Source: Hyphomonadaceae bacterium (GTDB lineage: Bacteria > Pseudomonadota > Alphaproteobacteria > Caulobacterales > Hyphomonadaceae). From it: a DNA stretch of 64,000 bases. A model generated the notes under the pieces. That model ran no database searches and had not been told where the DNA came from. It saw nothing but the letters and a program-made list of their open reading frames with translations. The stretch is taken from the NCBI GenBank assembly GCA_965279205.1, contig OZ257144.1, forward strand, positions 2,415,499 through 2,479,498. Reading direction: 5' to 3'. This document shows positions 24,374 to 32,562 of the stretch, piece after piece. A program made the position numbers and the translations under genes. Within the stretch, counting starts at the first letter, position 1. Each line of letters begins with the position of its first letter.

Positions 24374-24450
24374 TGGCGCGAGTGACGGGGCTCGAACCCG
24401 CGACCTCCGGCGTGACAGGCCGGCACTCTAACCAACTGAGCTACACCCGC
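24374..24450 (-). tRNA. tRNA-Asp (anticodon GUC), 77 nt with encoded CCA
   Basis: Folded by hand: GCGGGTG-TA-GCTC-AGTTGGTTA-GAGT-G-CCGGC-CTGTCAC-GCCGG-AGGTC-GCGGG-TTCGAGC-CCCGT-CACTCGC-G-CCA. 7-bp acceptor stem, TTCGA T-loop, anticodon loop CU-GUC-AC. Confidence 0.95.
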
Positions 24451-24549
24451 ATCCGCAGGTATCGAAGGAAGGAGCGTTTAGGCGTCACCGCTCCCCGGGT
24501 CAAGCGGATTGGCGCCCGGAAATGCCCATTACTTGCGGCCTATTGGCCA

Positions 24550-25293
24550 CTACTCCGACCCCATGGCCTGGCGCATCACCAGCGCATTGCCCTCGGCTAC
24601 AAAGCCGATCTGGGTCAGGGCCTCGACGGCCCCGGAACTCGCATTTGCGACCATGGCAGTCATTGCCATGTCCAGCTTGGGCCCGATGCTCAGCTTGGCC
24701 AGCACGTCTTCGCCAGTCGCAGCCTTGCCCTTGGCTTCCACGTTGAGATTGCCACCCTCGCAGGTTACGGGTCCGCGCAGTTCCGGTCCGACCCAGCCCT
24801 TCACGTTCACCTTGGTCAGAGCGTCGGTCCAGACTTCACCTGTCGCCGTATCGCAGACGCCCTTGGTGAACTTGAGGTCTTTGACGGCGAGCGTGAACTT
24901 CCCGTCCGCCCGCGCAATCGCCTGCGGCATGCCTGGCACCTTCGCCGTATCGCCAGAGATCTTCATGTCCATCAGTTCAAGGCTGCCATCGCCCAGCCCA
25001 TAGGAAATCCCGGCTTGTCCCACGAACCCTTCACGCGCCAGGCCAAGCGTGCCGCCCGCCTTGCCGCCGAACAGCTTCATCAGATCGGTCTTCACGGACA
25101 GGTCGCCGATGCGCTGCTGGCCGTAGGAGACGTTGGTCAGCTTGCCGTCCCACACGCTGCCGCTGGCTGCTGCGAACCGGAAATCCGGCGCCTGCTTCGC
25201 TGCGAAGTCCGCCACGACCGACATGGGAAAAATGGCCGCGCCACCGACGAGGGCGACCAACACACCAAGGATGATAAAGATTACAATCCGCAT
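24550..25293 (-). CDS. Membrane-anchored protein, type II secretion protein N (GspN)-like, orphan
   Basis: 247 aa with an N-terminal TM anchor (IVIFIILGVLVALVGGAAIF), then the SGSVWDGKL motif and Gly-rich beta-like body reminiscent of the T2SS-N family. No other gsp genes in the window. Confidence 0.4.
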   Translation of the reverse strand: MRIVIFIILGVLVALVGGAAIFPMSVVADFAAKQAPDFRFAAASGSVWDGKLTNVSYGQQRIGDLSVKTDLMKLFGGKAGGTLGLAREGFVGQAGISYGLGDGSLELMDMKISGDTAKVPGMPQAIARADGKFTLAVKDLKFTKGVCDTATGEVWTDALTKVNVKGWVGPELRGPVTCEGGNLNVEAKGKAATGEDVLAKLSIGPKLDMAMTAMVANASSGAVEALTQIGFVAEGNALVMRQAMGSE

Positions 25294-25380
25294 TCAGGTC
25301 CCCTCGACCTTTGCCCCGTGCAGGCGCCACAGGACTACCTCCCCGCCGTCGCTCACGCCAGACTGGTTGGCAGAGGAAGC

Positions 25381-25899
25381 CTAAAGCAGGCCTTCGGCCT
25401 TCTTGGTCCCGTCATTGCCGGAAAAGATCAGCGTGCGCGTCCGTTGCGCCAGGCGAACGTTCACCAGGTTGGTCTGGCCATCGAAAACATCCCGCAGGAT
25501 GCGGTTGTCGATGACGAGATCTTTCGGCGGCGCCGATCGTTTCGCTTCCTGGTAGAGCAGGATCGATTGCCCCTCGAATTCCGCGCCGAGCGGCTCTAGC
25601 GCGATCTTCGTCGCCCCATCCATCAACGCAAAATGGCTTTCGACATAGAGCATCAGCTGCGCCTGGTTCTTCATCAAGGTAAGATCAATGGCCGCAGCGC
25701 CCGTCGCCTGCGCCAGCCCGAGTTCGGCATCATCCGAGTGAAGACGATGCGTTACCTCGAGCATCGACGAGGCCGCGTTCCATACCACGGTGGTCAGAAC
25801 GCTCTGCGAACGATGGGCAAACGCTTGCGGCGCCACGGCGAGCGCGAACCCGGCGCCAAGCGCCAGTCTTCGCGTCAGCCGGGCGCCCGCATTGCTCAT
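25381..25899 (-). CDS. Secreted protein, DUF6702-like
   Basis: 172 aa with a signal peptide (LALGAGFALAVAPQAFA), then HRSQSVLTTVVWNAASSMLEVTHRLHSDDAELGL. ATGA overlap with the upstream M1 peptidase stop. Confidence 0.45.
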   Translation of the reverse strand: MSNAGARLTRRLALGAGFALAVAPQAFAHRSQSVLTTVVWNAASSMLEVTHRLHSDDAELGLAQATGAAAIDLTLMKNQAQLMLYVESHFALMDGATKIALEPLGAEFEGQSILLYQEAKRSAPPKDLVIDNRILRDVFDGQTNLVNVRLAQRTRTLIFSGNDGTKKAEGLL

Positions 25900-28328
25900 C
25901 GTGGCTGCGTTGGCGCAATTGGAGCGGCCGGGCTTGCCGGGGCCTGTTTGGCCTTCAGCTCAACCAGCGCATCCGCCATCTGGTTGCGCGCCGCGCTCTG
26001 GTTCTGACGATAGAGGTCCAGCCGGCTCGGCTCGGTACGCGAGGGATAGGCGTTGTTGCCCCGCATCGCGTCAGCGATCTGGCGCCGGGCATCCAGTTCT
26101 ACGGACACGACCTTCTTCGGCTCGACGAACACCTTGGTCACCTTCTCGCTGTTCTGGCGCCAGATCTCGGCGGGAATCATTACCTCTTTCACCGACCCGT
26201 CGTCATAGGTGAACTTCAGCGGAAGCGCAGAAACCAGCCCACCGACATTCTCGAAGTCGACGAAGTAGATGTACGGGTTCTCGCGCAGCGCCCGCTCGAA
26301 CGCCGATTTCTCCGGTTCTTTCAGCCCTTCCTGGAATGTCGAGTAGTCGTTGAGGTCCTTGTTGTTGACCGCGAACTCGTCATTCGCGTCGTAGAAGTCT
26401 TTCGCGTCGGGATGCCGGTCCATATAGGTCTTGATGCCGGTATTGCGGTTGTTGACCGCCGTGGGCGCATCTGGACGCGTCACTTCGCGACGTTCACGCT
26501 GCAGCGGCGCTTCTACTTCTGGATTTTTGGTCGACAGGCGGTACTCGCGCACATCGTTCAGAGCGATGTCGACGTGATCCGTGGTGTAGAACCAGCCGCG
26601 CCAGAACCAGTCGAGATCGACACCCGACGCGTCCTCCATAGTGCGGAAGAAGTCCGCCGGCGTCGGCCGCTTGAACATCCAGCGCGTCGAGTACTGCTTG
26701 AACGCGAAATCGAACAGTTCACGCCCCATCACCGTCTCGCGCAGGACCGTCAGCGCCGCAGCCGGCTTGTTGTAGGCGTTATTGCCGAACTGCAGCAGCG
26801 ATTCCGAGTTGGTCATGACCGGAACCTGGTCTTCCGACATCATGTACACACCGATCTCGTCCATGCTGTTCGGATTGCCGCCCAACACCGGAAAGTTTTC
26901 GTCCCACAGCAGCTCGCTCATGTGTTCGAGGAACGAGTTGATACCCTCGTCCATCCACGTCCATTGCCGCTCGTCCGAGTTCACGGTCATCGGGAAGTAG
27001 TTGTGACCCACCTCATGGATCACCACGCCGATCAGGCCGCTCCTCGCGTTGCGCGTGTAGGTCTTCACGCCGGTCTTGGCATCCTTCACCGGGCGATACC
27101 CGTTGAACGAGATCATCGGATACTCCATCCCGCCGCCCAGCCAGGTGTTGACCGAGATCGCGTTCGGATAGGGGTACGGGAAAGAGAACTTCGAATAGCT
27201 GTCGATCGTGTGCGCCACTGCCCGCGTCGAATAGAGCGACCACAGCGGATCCGCCTCGTTCGGGAAGAAGGACTGCGCCAGCACGTCTCCGCTGTCCGGC
27301 TGGTCCACGCCCATCGCATCCCAGATGAACTTGCGCGACGAAGCCCAGGCGAAGTCGCGGACGTTGGCGGCCTTCCACCGCCACGTCTTCACCGCGGTCG
27401 TGCCTTCCTTCTCGTTCGCGAGCGCCTCGTCCGGCGTCACGATGTACATCGGCTTGTTGAACTCGCGCTTCGCCTGCGCCAGACGATTGCGCTGGTCAGC
27501 GCTCAGCACATCGTTCGGGTTCTGCAACACGCCCGTCGCGCCCATGATGTGGTCGGCCGGAACCGTGATCGACACATCGTAATTGCCGAACTCTAGCGTG
27601 AATTCGCCATTGCCCAGGAACTGCTTGTGCTGCCAGCCGGTGTAATCGGTATAAGCCGCGAGCCGCGGGAACCACTGCGCCTGGAAGAAGGTGTATGTGT
27701 CGTTGTCGCGGAACCGCTCATAGCCCGACCGGCCGCCAAACAGCCCGTTGTCGACAATGTTGAATGCCCAATCGATCTTCATCGTCGTCGTGGCGCGCGG
27801 CGCCAGCGGCCTTGGCAGATCAACGCGCATCATCGTGTCGTTGATCACATAATGCAGCGGGCTCGATCCGTCCGTGACCGAGTTGATCTCGAAGCCGTGC
27901 GGCGTCTCCGCATATGACTGCAGCTGGCGGAAAGTATTGATGCTCAGCGTATCGCCGGCGGCCGTCGGCGTCGCCCGCGCGGTCAGCCGCGAGGCGGAGT
28001 TCTGCTTGAAGATGTTCTGGTCGAGCTGCAGCCAGATATAGCTCAGCGCATGCGGTGAGTTGTTGGTGTAGGTGATCGTGCCATTGGCCGTGATCCGCTT
28101 CTTCGCTTCATCCAGCGTGGCGTTGATCAGGTAGTCGGCACGCTGCTGCCAGTATGATTCGCCCGGCGCTCCGGATGCGGTGCGGTAGGTGTTGGGAGAC
28201 GGCAGGTCGACTTCAAGCTGCCGGAACTTGTCCTCGAACTTGCCCTTGGTCTGCTTTTCCGCATCGGCCCAGGCCGAGCCGCAAGCCAGAATCGCGACGG
28301 CTGCCGCCGCCAACCATGTCAGTTTCAT
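25896..28328 (-). CDS. Secreted M1-family zinc metallopeptidase (gluzincin)
   Basis: 810 aa. Signal peptide MKLTWLAAAAVAILACGSAWA. HExxH-18-E zinc site: HEVGHNYFPMTVNSDERQWTWMDEGINSF. Confidence 0.85.
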   Translation of the reverse strand: MKLTWLAAAAVAILACGSAWADAEKQTKGKFEDKFRQLEVDLPSPNTYRTASGAPGESYWQQRADYLINATLDEAKKRITANGTITYTNNSPHALSYIWLQLDQNIFKQNSASRLTARATPTAAGDTLSINTFRQLQSYAETPHGFEINSVTDGSSPLHYVINDTMMRVDLPRPLAPRATTTMKIDWAFNIVDNGLFGGRSGYERFRDNDTYTFFQAQWFPRLAAYTDYTGWQHKQFLGNGEFTLEFGNYDVSITVPADHIMGATGVLQNPNDVLSADQRNRLAQAKREFNKPMYIVTPDEALANEKEGTTAVKTWRWKAANVRDFAWASSRKFIWDAMGVDQPDSGDVLAQSFFPNEADPLWSLYSTRAVAHTIDSYSKFSFPYPYPNAISVNTWLGGGMEYPMISFNGYRPVKDAKTGVKTYTRNARSGLIGVVIHEVGHNYFPMTVNSDERQWTWMDEGINSFLEHMSELLWDENFPVLGGNPNSMDEIGVYMMSEDQVPVMTNSESLLQFGNNAYNKPAAALTVLRETVMGRELFDFAFKQYSTRWMFKRPTPADFFRTMEDASGVDLDWFWRGWFYTTDHVDIALNDVREYRLSTKNPEVEAPLQRERREVTRPDAPTAVNNRNTGIKTYMDRHPDAKDFYDANDEFAVNNKDLNDYSTFQEGLKEPEKSAFERALRENPYIYFVDFENVGGLVSALPLKFTYDDGSVKEVMIPAEIWRQNSEKVTKVFVEPKKVVSVELDARRQIADAMRGNNAYPSRTEPSRLDLYRQNQSAARNQMADALVELKAKQAPASPAAPIAPTQPR

Positions 28329-28434
28329 CCACAGGCTCCCGGAATCTCTTGATTCTGGTTTTAGCGATTATCGATGAAAAGTCACCGCGACCTTCCGTGC
28401 CTGTCGGAGACTCCCGTCGAACGCGAGCGCCCCT

Positions 28435-28468
28435 GAAAGGAAAGGGCCGGCGTCGAGGACGCCGGCCC
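28435..28468 (-). terminator. Rho-independent terminator (minus strand) about 200 nt downstream of the CoA-transferase gene
   Basis: Perfect 11-bp GC stem GGGCCGGCGTC-(3 nt loop)-GACGCCGGCCC at 28444..28468, followed on the minus strand by TTTCCTTTC. Confidence 0.7.
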
Positions 28469-28664
28469 AAGGTGCACAGGAACAGAACCGGTAGGAACCA
28501 TCGAGGGACATCAAGGCGTCCCACCGGTATGTGCTCGTTCTATGGGAGTGAGTCTGAACGGGGATTGAGGCAGTTGTTGTCCATAATTCAGGTAGAACAA
28601 ATAACGGGAAGCCACTGACTTCACGCCACATTTCAGGCTGAATCAGACGCTACCCGACAGCGCC

Positions 28665-29804
28665 TCACGCTTGGACGACGGCCCCACCCTTCAGGAAGCC
28701 CTGGGCCCGTTCAGCATCGATCCCCCAGCTCGTCAGCACGTCTTCCGACTGCTTTCCCGCCAGTGCCGGCAGGCCGTTGATTGCTCCCGCCGTACGCGAA
28801 AACCGCGGCGCGGGGCCGGGCTGGCTCACTCCGAAGGCAGTCTGGAATGTCTGGCGCTCGGCATTGTGCGGGTGCTTGGGCGCCTCATCCATGCTGAGCA
28901 CCGGCGCGACGCAAGCATCTGTGCCATCAAACACCTTCATCCACTCATCGCGCGACTTTGTACGGATCACATCGGCAATACGCTTCGAATGCTCCGGCCA
29001 TTTCGCGCGATCCATGCGCGCGGGAAACTCCGCTTCGGTCAGTCCCAGTCCTTCGACGAGTATGGTGTGGAATTGCGGCTCGATCGCGCCAACCGCCAGC
29101 CACTTTCCGTCCGCGCATTCATACGTGTCGTAGAAGTGCGCGCCGCCATCCAGCAGGTTGTCGCTGCGATTGGTGTTCCAGATGCCTGCCGCTTTCATGC
29201 CGTAGAACATCGTCATCAGCGACGCCGCGCCGTCGATCATCGCGCAGTCGATCACCTGCCCCTTGCCAGACGATCTCGCTTCGAGAATGCCAGCCAGCAA
29301 TCCGAACGCGAGATAGAGAGCGCCCCCGCCGAAATCACCAACGAGGTTCAACGGCGGCGCTGGCGCCTCGCCCGCCCGCCCCATCGTGTGCAGCGCACCG
29401 GTCAACGCGATGTAGTCGATGTCGTGCCCGGCCATGTGCGCCCATGGGCCCGTCTGGCCCCAGCCCGTCATGCGGCCGTAGACCAGCTTCGGATTGCGCT
29501 TCAGCACCGCATCGGGCCCGACGCCCAGCCGCTCCATCACGCCCGGCCGGAATCCTTCGATCAACCCATCTGCTTTCTCAAGCAGGCTCAGCGCCGCCTC
29601 GACGCCCTCCGGCTCTTTCAGATCGACCGCGATCGATCGCTTGCCGCGGTTCGCCAAGTCTGGCGCAGAACGACCGACCGACTCCGCACGATCAAGCCGC
29701 ACCACGTCCGCGCCAAGGTCCGCCAGCAGCATCCCGCAGAACGGCCCCGGACCGATCCCCGCAAACTCGACGATCTTCACGCCAACCAGCGGACCTTGCG
29801 CCAT
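28665..29804 (-). CDS. Family III CoA-transferase (CaiB/BaiF; alpha-methylacyl-CoA racemase-like)
   Basis: 379 aa. N-terminus [36 protein letters not shown], typical of the family. Confidence 0.85.
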   Translation of the reverse strand: MAQGPLVGVKIVEFAGIGPGPFCGMLLADLGADVVRLDRAESVGRSAPDLANRGKRSIAVDLKEPEGVEAALSLLEKADGLIEGFRPGVMERLGVGPDAVLKRNPKLVYGRMTGWGQTGPWAHMAGHDIDYIALTGALHTMGRAGEAPAPPLNLVGDFGGGALYLAFGLLAGILEARSSGKGQVIDCAMIDGAASLMTMFYGMKAAGIWNTNRSDNLLDGGAHFYDTYECADGKWLAVGAIEPQFHTILVEGLGLTEAEFPARMDRAKWPEHSKRIADVIRTKSRDEWMKVFDGTDACVAPVLSMDEAPKHPHNAERQTFQTAFGVSQPGPAPRFSRTAGAINGLPALAGKQSEDVLTSWGIDAERAQGFLKGGAVVQA

Positions 29805-29982
29805 AATAGGTTCTCCCTTGGTCCGACGAAGCGGCTACCTGTCGCTCGCGTCAAGCCTCTCTCTACGGCAAGCCTTCCGGCATCATCGCGCGTGCGGCTC
29901 CGCGTTGATTCCGGGCATGATCAATGGCCAAATGCGCGTGGGGGAATAGGGGTCCCCGTCATATTTCAAAAGGGGTCAACGC

Positions 29983-30675
29983 ATGCGCCTTTCCGCAGTC
30001 TCGCTTCATGTCATGGCCACCGCCGCGCTGCTCGCATCCGCGTGCAGCCCGTCGACGCCAGCGGCGACACCGGCCGCCGAAGCTGCGCCAGCCGCGCCCG
30101 TGCCTGGCCCCGGAGAACCAACACTCGAAGAAGTCCGCGCGCTCACGGAGAAATACCAGGACATCAAAGTTGCACTCGCGGACGGCTATGTCCGCGATCC
30201 AGCGGACCTCTGCGATACGGCGGCGATGATGGGCAAGCCGGCCGAGCTTGGCGCAATGGGCGTGCACTACGTCCTGTTTGGACAGGCCGGCGTCCCCGGG
30301 CCACCCGCACCGGGCGCCCGCGTCGATGGCAACGGCACGCACACTGACTTTCGCAAACCCACCGTCCTCATCTACGAGCCGCAGACTGACGACTCGATGC
30401 AACTGGTCGCGGTGGAAAACATCACCTTCAAGAAGGCCTGGGATGCTGCCAATTCCGCGCCTCCGTCATTTCACGGCGTGGCCTATGACATGATGGCCGA
30501 CGACCTGGCGACACCAGCCGACGAGGCCCACAATTTCGAACCGCACTACGACAGGCACGTCTGGCTCTACCGCGAGAACCCCAACGGCGTGTTCAAGCCC
30601 TACAACCCGAAAGTCTCGTGCGAGCACCACAAGGGCGCCACCATGCCGCCGATGCCCGGTATGCCGTCGAAATAA
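29983..30675 (+). CDS. Hypothetical lipoprotein
   Basis: 230 aa. Lipobox LLASAC followed by a Pro/Ala-rich linker. No recognisable catalytic motif. Confidence 0.6.
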   Translation: MRLSAVSLHVMATAALLASACSPSTPAATPAAEAAPAAPVPGPGEPTLEEVRALTEKYQDIKVALADGYVRDPADLCDTAAMMGKPAELGAMGVHYVLFGQAGVPGPPAPGARVDGNGTHTDFRKPTVLIYEPQTDDSMQLVAVENITFKKAWDAANSAPPSFHGVAYDMMADDLATPADEAHNFEPHYDRHVWLYRENPNGVFKPYNPKVSCEHHKGATMPPMPGMPSK

Positions 30676-30694
30676 GCGCGCCTAACAACCAAAC

Positions 30695-30731
30695 ATCACT
30701 GAAACAAGGCCGTCATCCTCGTTTCAGTGAT
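30695..30731. terminator. Bidirectional terminator-like hairpin between convergent genes
   Basis: Perfect 11-bp inverted repeat ATCACTGAAAC-N15-GTTTCAGTGAT. Confidence 0.5.
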
Positions 30732-30738
30732 CGTTACT

Positions 30739-31002
30739 TCAGTTTGCGGCCATGCACTTCGACGTCGCTGTTGAAAGGCCGGCAAACGTGTCCGGCGCCA
30801 TATTCGGCTGCACCTGCGTCCGCGCGGCATCGCTCATCAGCGCCATGTCACGCCATTCCGGCTTCAGCTCTTTGTCGAGACACACGCATTGCGCCCTTGT
30901 CTTTCCATTCAGTACGCACGTCTGGACCCATTCAGATTCCCCGCCCGAACAGGCAGCCAACGCCAGCAACACCACGCCCGCCAACGTCCATCGACCGTGC
31001 AT
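30739..31002 (-). CDS. Small Cys-rich putative lipoprotein
   Basis: ORF 30739..31236, start trimmed to MHGRWTLAGVVLLALAACSGG (lipobox). 87 aa with 5 further Cys. Confidence 0.4.
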   Translation of the reverse strand: MHGRWTLAGVVLLALAACSGGESEWVQTCVLNGKTRAQCVCLDKELKPEWRDMALMSDAARTQVQPNMAPDTFAGLSTATSKCMAAN

Positions 31003-31127
31003 GAAATCCTCCCATCGCAACCATGGCAGCCTATCACGGTGCGCCGCGCTTGTTGATCCGCCTTGCAGTTGATTGCCACCAGCCTTCGCGCAATTCTTCG
31101 CGCATCGATTGCAGACGGAACAGGCCG

Positions 31128-31502
31128 ATGAAGACGACCGCAAGAACGATCGCAAACTGGAATCGCGTCTACGCGATGAGCTTCGCCAGCCTATATCCGC
31201 TCTACGTCGCCAAAGTGGAGAAGAAGGGACGTACAAAAGCTGAAGTCGATCAGGTCATCCGCTGGCTGACCGGCTACACCCCGAAGGGTCTTGAGGCCCA
31301 GATCGAAAAGCGCACCAGCCTGGAAGCGTTCTTCGACAAGGCGCCAAAGCTCAACCCGGCGCGCTCCCTGGTCACCGGCGTCATCTGCGGTGTCCGCGTG
31401 GAAGAGATAGAAGAGCCGCTGATGCAGAACATCCGCTACATGGACAAGCTGGTCGATGAGCTCGCCAAGGGGAAGGCGATGGAGAAAATTCTCCGCAAGT
31501 AG
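31128..31502 (+). CDS. DUF2200-family protein
   Basis: ORF 31023..31502, start trimmed to MKTTARTI. Motifs [29 protein letters not shown] and [32 protein letters not shown]. Confidence 0.6.
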   Translation: MKTTARTIANWNRVYAMSFASLYPLYVAKVEKKGRTKAEVDQVIRWLTGYTPKGLEAQIEKRTSLEAFFDKAPKLNPARSLVTGVICGVRVEEIEEPLMQNIRYMDKLVDELAKGKAMEKILRK

Positions 31503-31524
31503 GTCGCACGATAATGAGAACGCG

Positions 31525-31686
31525 TTAGCCCGCGCTGACCCCGATATCGAAACACGACAGCGCCGGCGCCATATTGTTCGGCAAAACGTAGAGTCCGGTT
31601 TCGCTTCTCTCGGGCATCCTGAAGAAGTCTTTCAGCGCGTTCTCTGGCAATCGCTTCACCAGGCAGTCGCACAACTCCCGCTTCAT
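31525..31686 (-). CDS. Candidate unannotated 53-aa ORF
   Basis: Below the ORF-track size cutoff. Translation: MKRELCDCLVKRLPENALKDFFRMPERSETGLYVLPNNMAPALSCFDIGVSAG. Third-codon positions are predominantly G/C, unlike the competing track ORF 31436..31702. In-frame TAG lies 3 codons upstream of the ATG. Confidence 0.3.
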   Translation of the reverse strand: MKRELCDCLVKRLPENALKDFFRMPERSETGLYVLPNNMAPALSCFDIGVSAG

Positions 31687-31778
31687 CCCGTTCGCCTAGC
31701 ACCTGCCCGCGAACTCCGTCTCTGGACTGCCGCAGGTGCCGAGCAAAGTGAGCACGACTGGGATGAAGCCTGCGCGCC

Positions 31779-32555
31779 TCACCCTATGCCCTGGGCGTCA
31801 TCCACGAGCACATCCGTGCCCGTGACGAACTTCGCGCCGTCCGAACACAGGAACAGCAGCGCTTCGTCCAGGCTCTCGGCATCCATGATCCGACGGCGCG
31901 GCGACTTGCCGATCGTCTTCTGACCGCCCTCGCCGTTCAGCCACTCTTCCGTCAGCTCCGTCGCCACATACCCGGGCGACAGCGCATTCACGTTGATGCC
32001 GTACCGCGCCCACTCGCGCGCCAACGAACGGGTCAGGTGCGCGCACGCCGCCTTCGATGTGTTGTACGCCGTCACGTTCGGGATCACGATCCGTCCCGCC
32101 ATCGACGCTATGTTGACGATCCGCCCGCGCGCCGACTTCTCCGGTCCCGCCTTGATCAGCCGCCGCGCCGCTTCGCGCGCCACACACCACACCGACGTCA
32201 CGTTGAGGTCCATGATCCTGCGGAACTCCGCTATGTCCTGCGTCACCGCATTGTTCGCGTGCGTCATGCCCGCATTGTTGATCACCGTGTCCACCAACCC
32301 GAACTTCGCCTCCGCCGCGTCGTACATCGCGACCACCGCCGCCTCGTCCGTCACGTCGCACGCAACGGCGAACGCCTTGTCGGCGCCTATCTCCTTCACC
32401 AGGTCATCCAGCCGGTCCTTGCGCCGCGCCGCCACCACCACCTTCGCGCCCTCCGCCGCCAGCACCTGCGCGAACCGCCGCCCCAGCCCGCTCGACGCCC
32501 CCGTCACCAGCGCCACACGCCCCACCACACGTCCCGCCACACGCCCACCCATCAC
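31779..32555 (-). CDS. Short-chain dehydrogenase/reductase (SDR)
   Basis: 258 aa. TGASSGLG Rossmann motif and YxxxK (YNTSKAA). Confidence 0.85.
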   Translation of the reverse strand: MMGGRVAGRVVGRVALVTGASSGLGRRFAQVLAAEGAKVVVAARRKDRLDDLVKEIGADKAFAVACDVTDEAAVVAMYDAAEAKFGLVDTVINNAGMTHANNAVTQDIAEFRRIMDLNVTSVWCVAREAARRLIKAGPEKSARGRIVNIASMAGRIVIPNVTAYNTSKAACAHLTRSLAREWARYGINVNALSPGYVATELTEEWLNGEGGQKTIGKSPRRRIMDAESLDEALLFLCSDGAKFVTGTDVLVDDAQGIG

Positions 32556-32562
32556 ACACCCC

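Noticed and set aside
22173-24450. Genomic island integrated at tRNA-Asp carrying the two P4H-like genes.
   Set aside because: No integrase, no mobility genes, and no direct repeat of the tRNA 3' end could be found by eye in 22173..22352. Only adjacency to the tRNA supports the idea, so it is kept as a remark within the P4H finding.
28374-28436. 20-codon plus-strand ORF (MKSHRDLPCLSETPVERERP) ending just before the 28444..28468 hairpin.
   Set aside because: Too short to evaluate, with no Shine-Dalgarno. The hairpin's T-tract is on the opposite strand, so it is probably coincidental.
31436-31702. 88-aa GTG-initiated minus-strand ORF in the DUF2200/SDR gap.
   Set aside because: It overlaps the 3' end of the DUF2200 gene and its codons end mostly in A/T, atypical for this genome. 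A different frame in the same interval (31525..31686) looks more coding-like.
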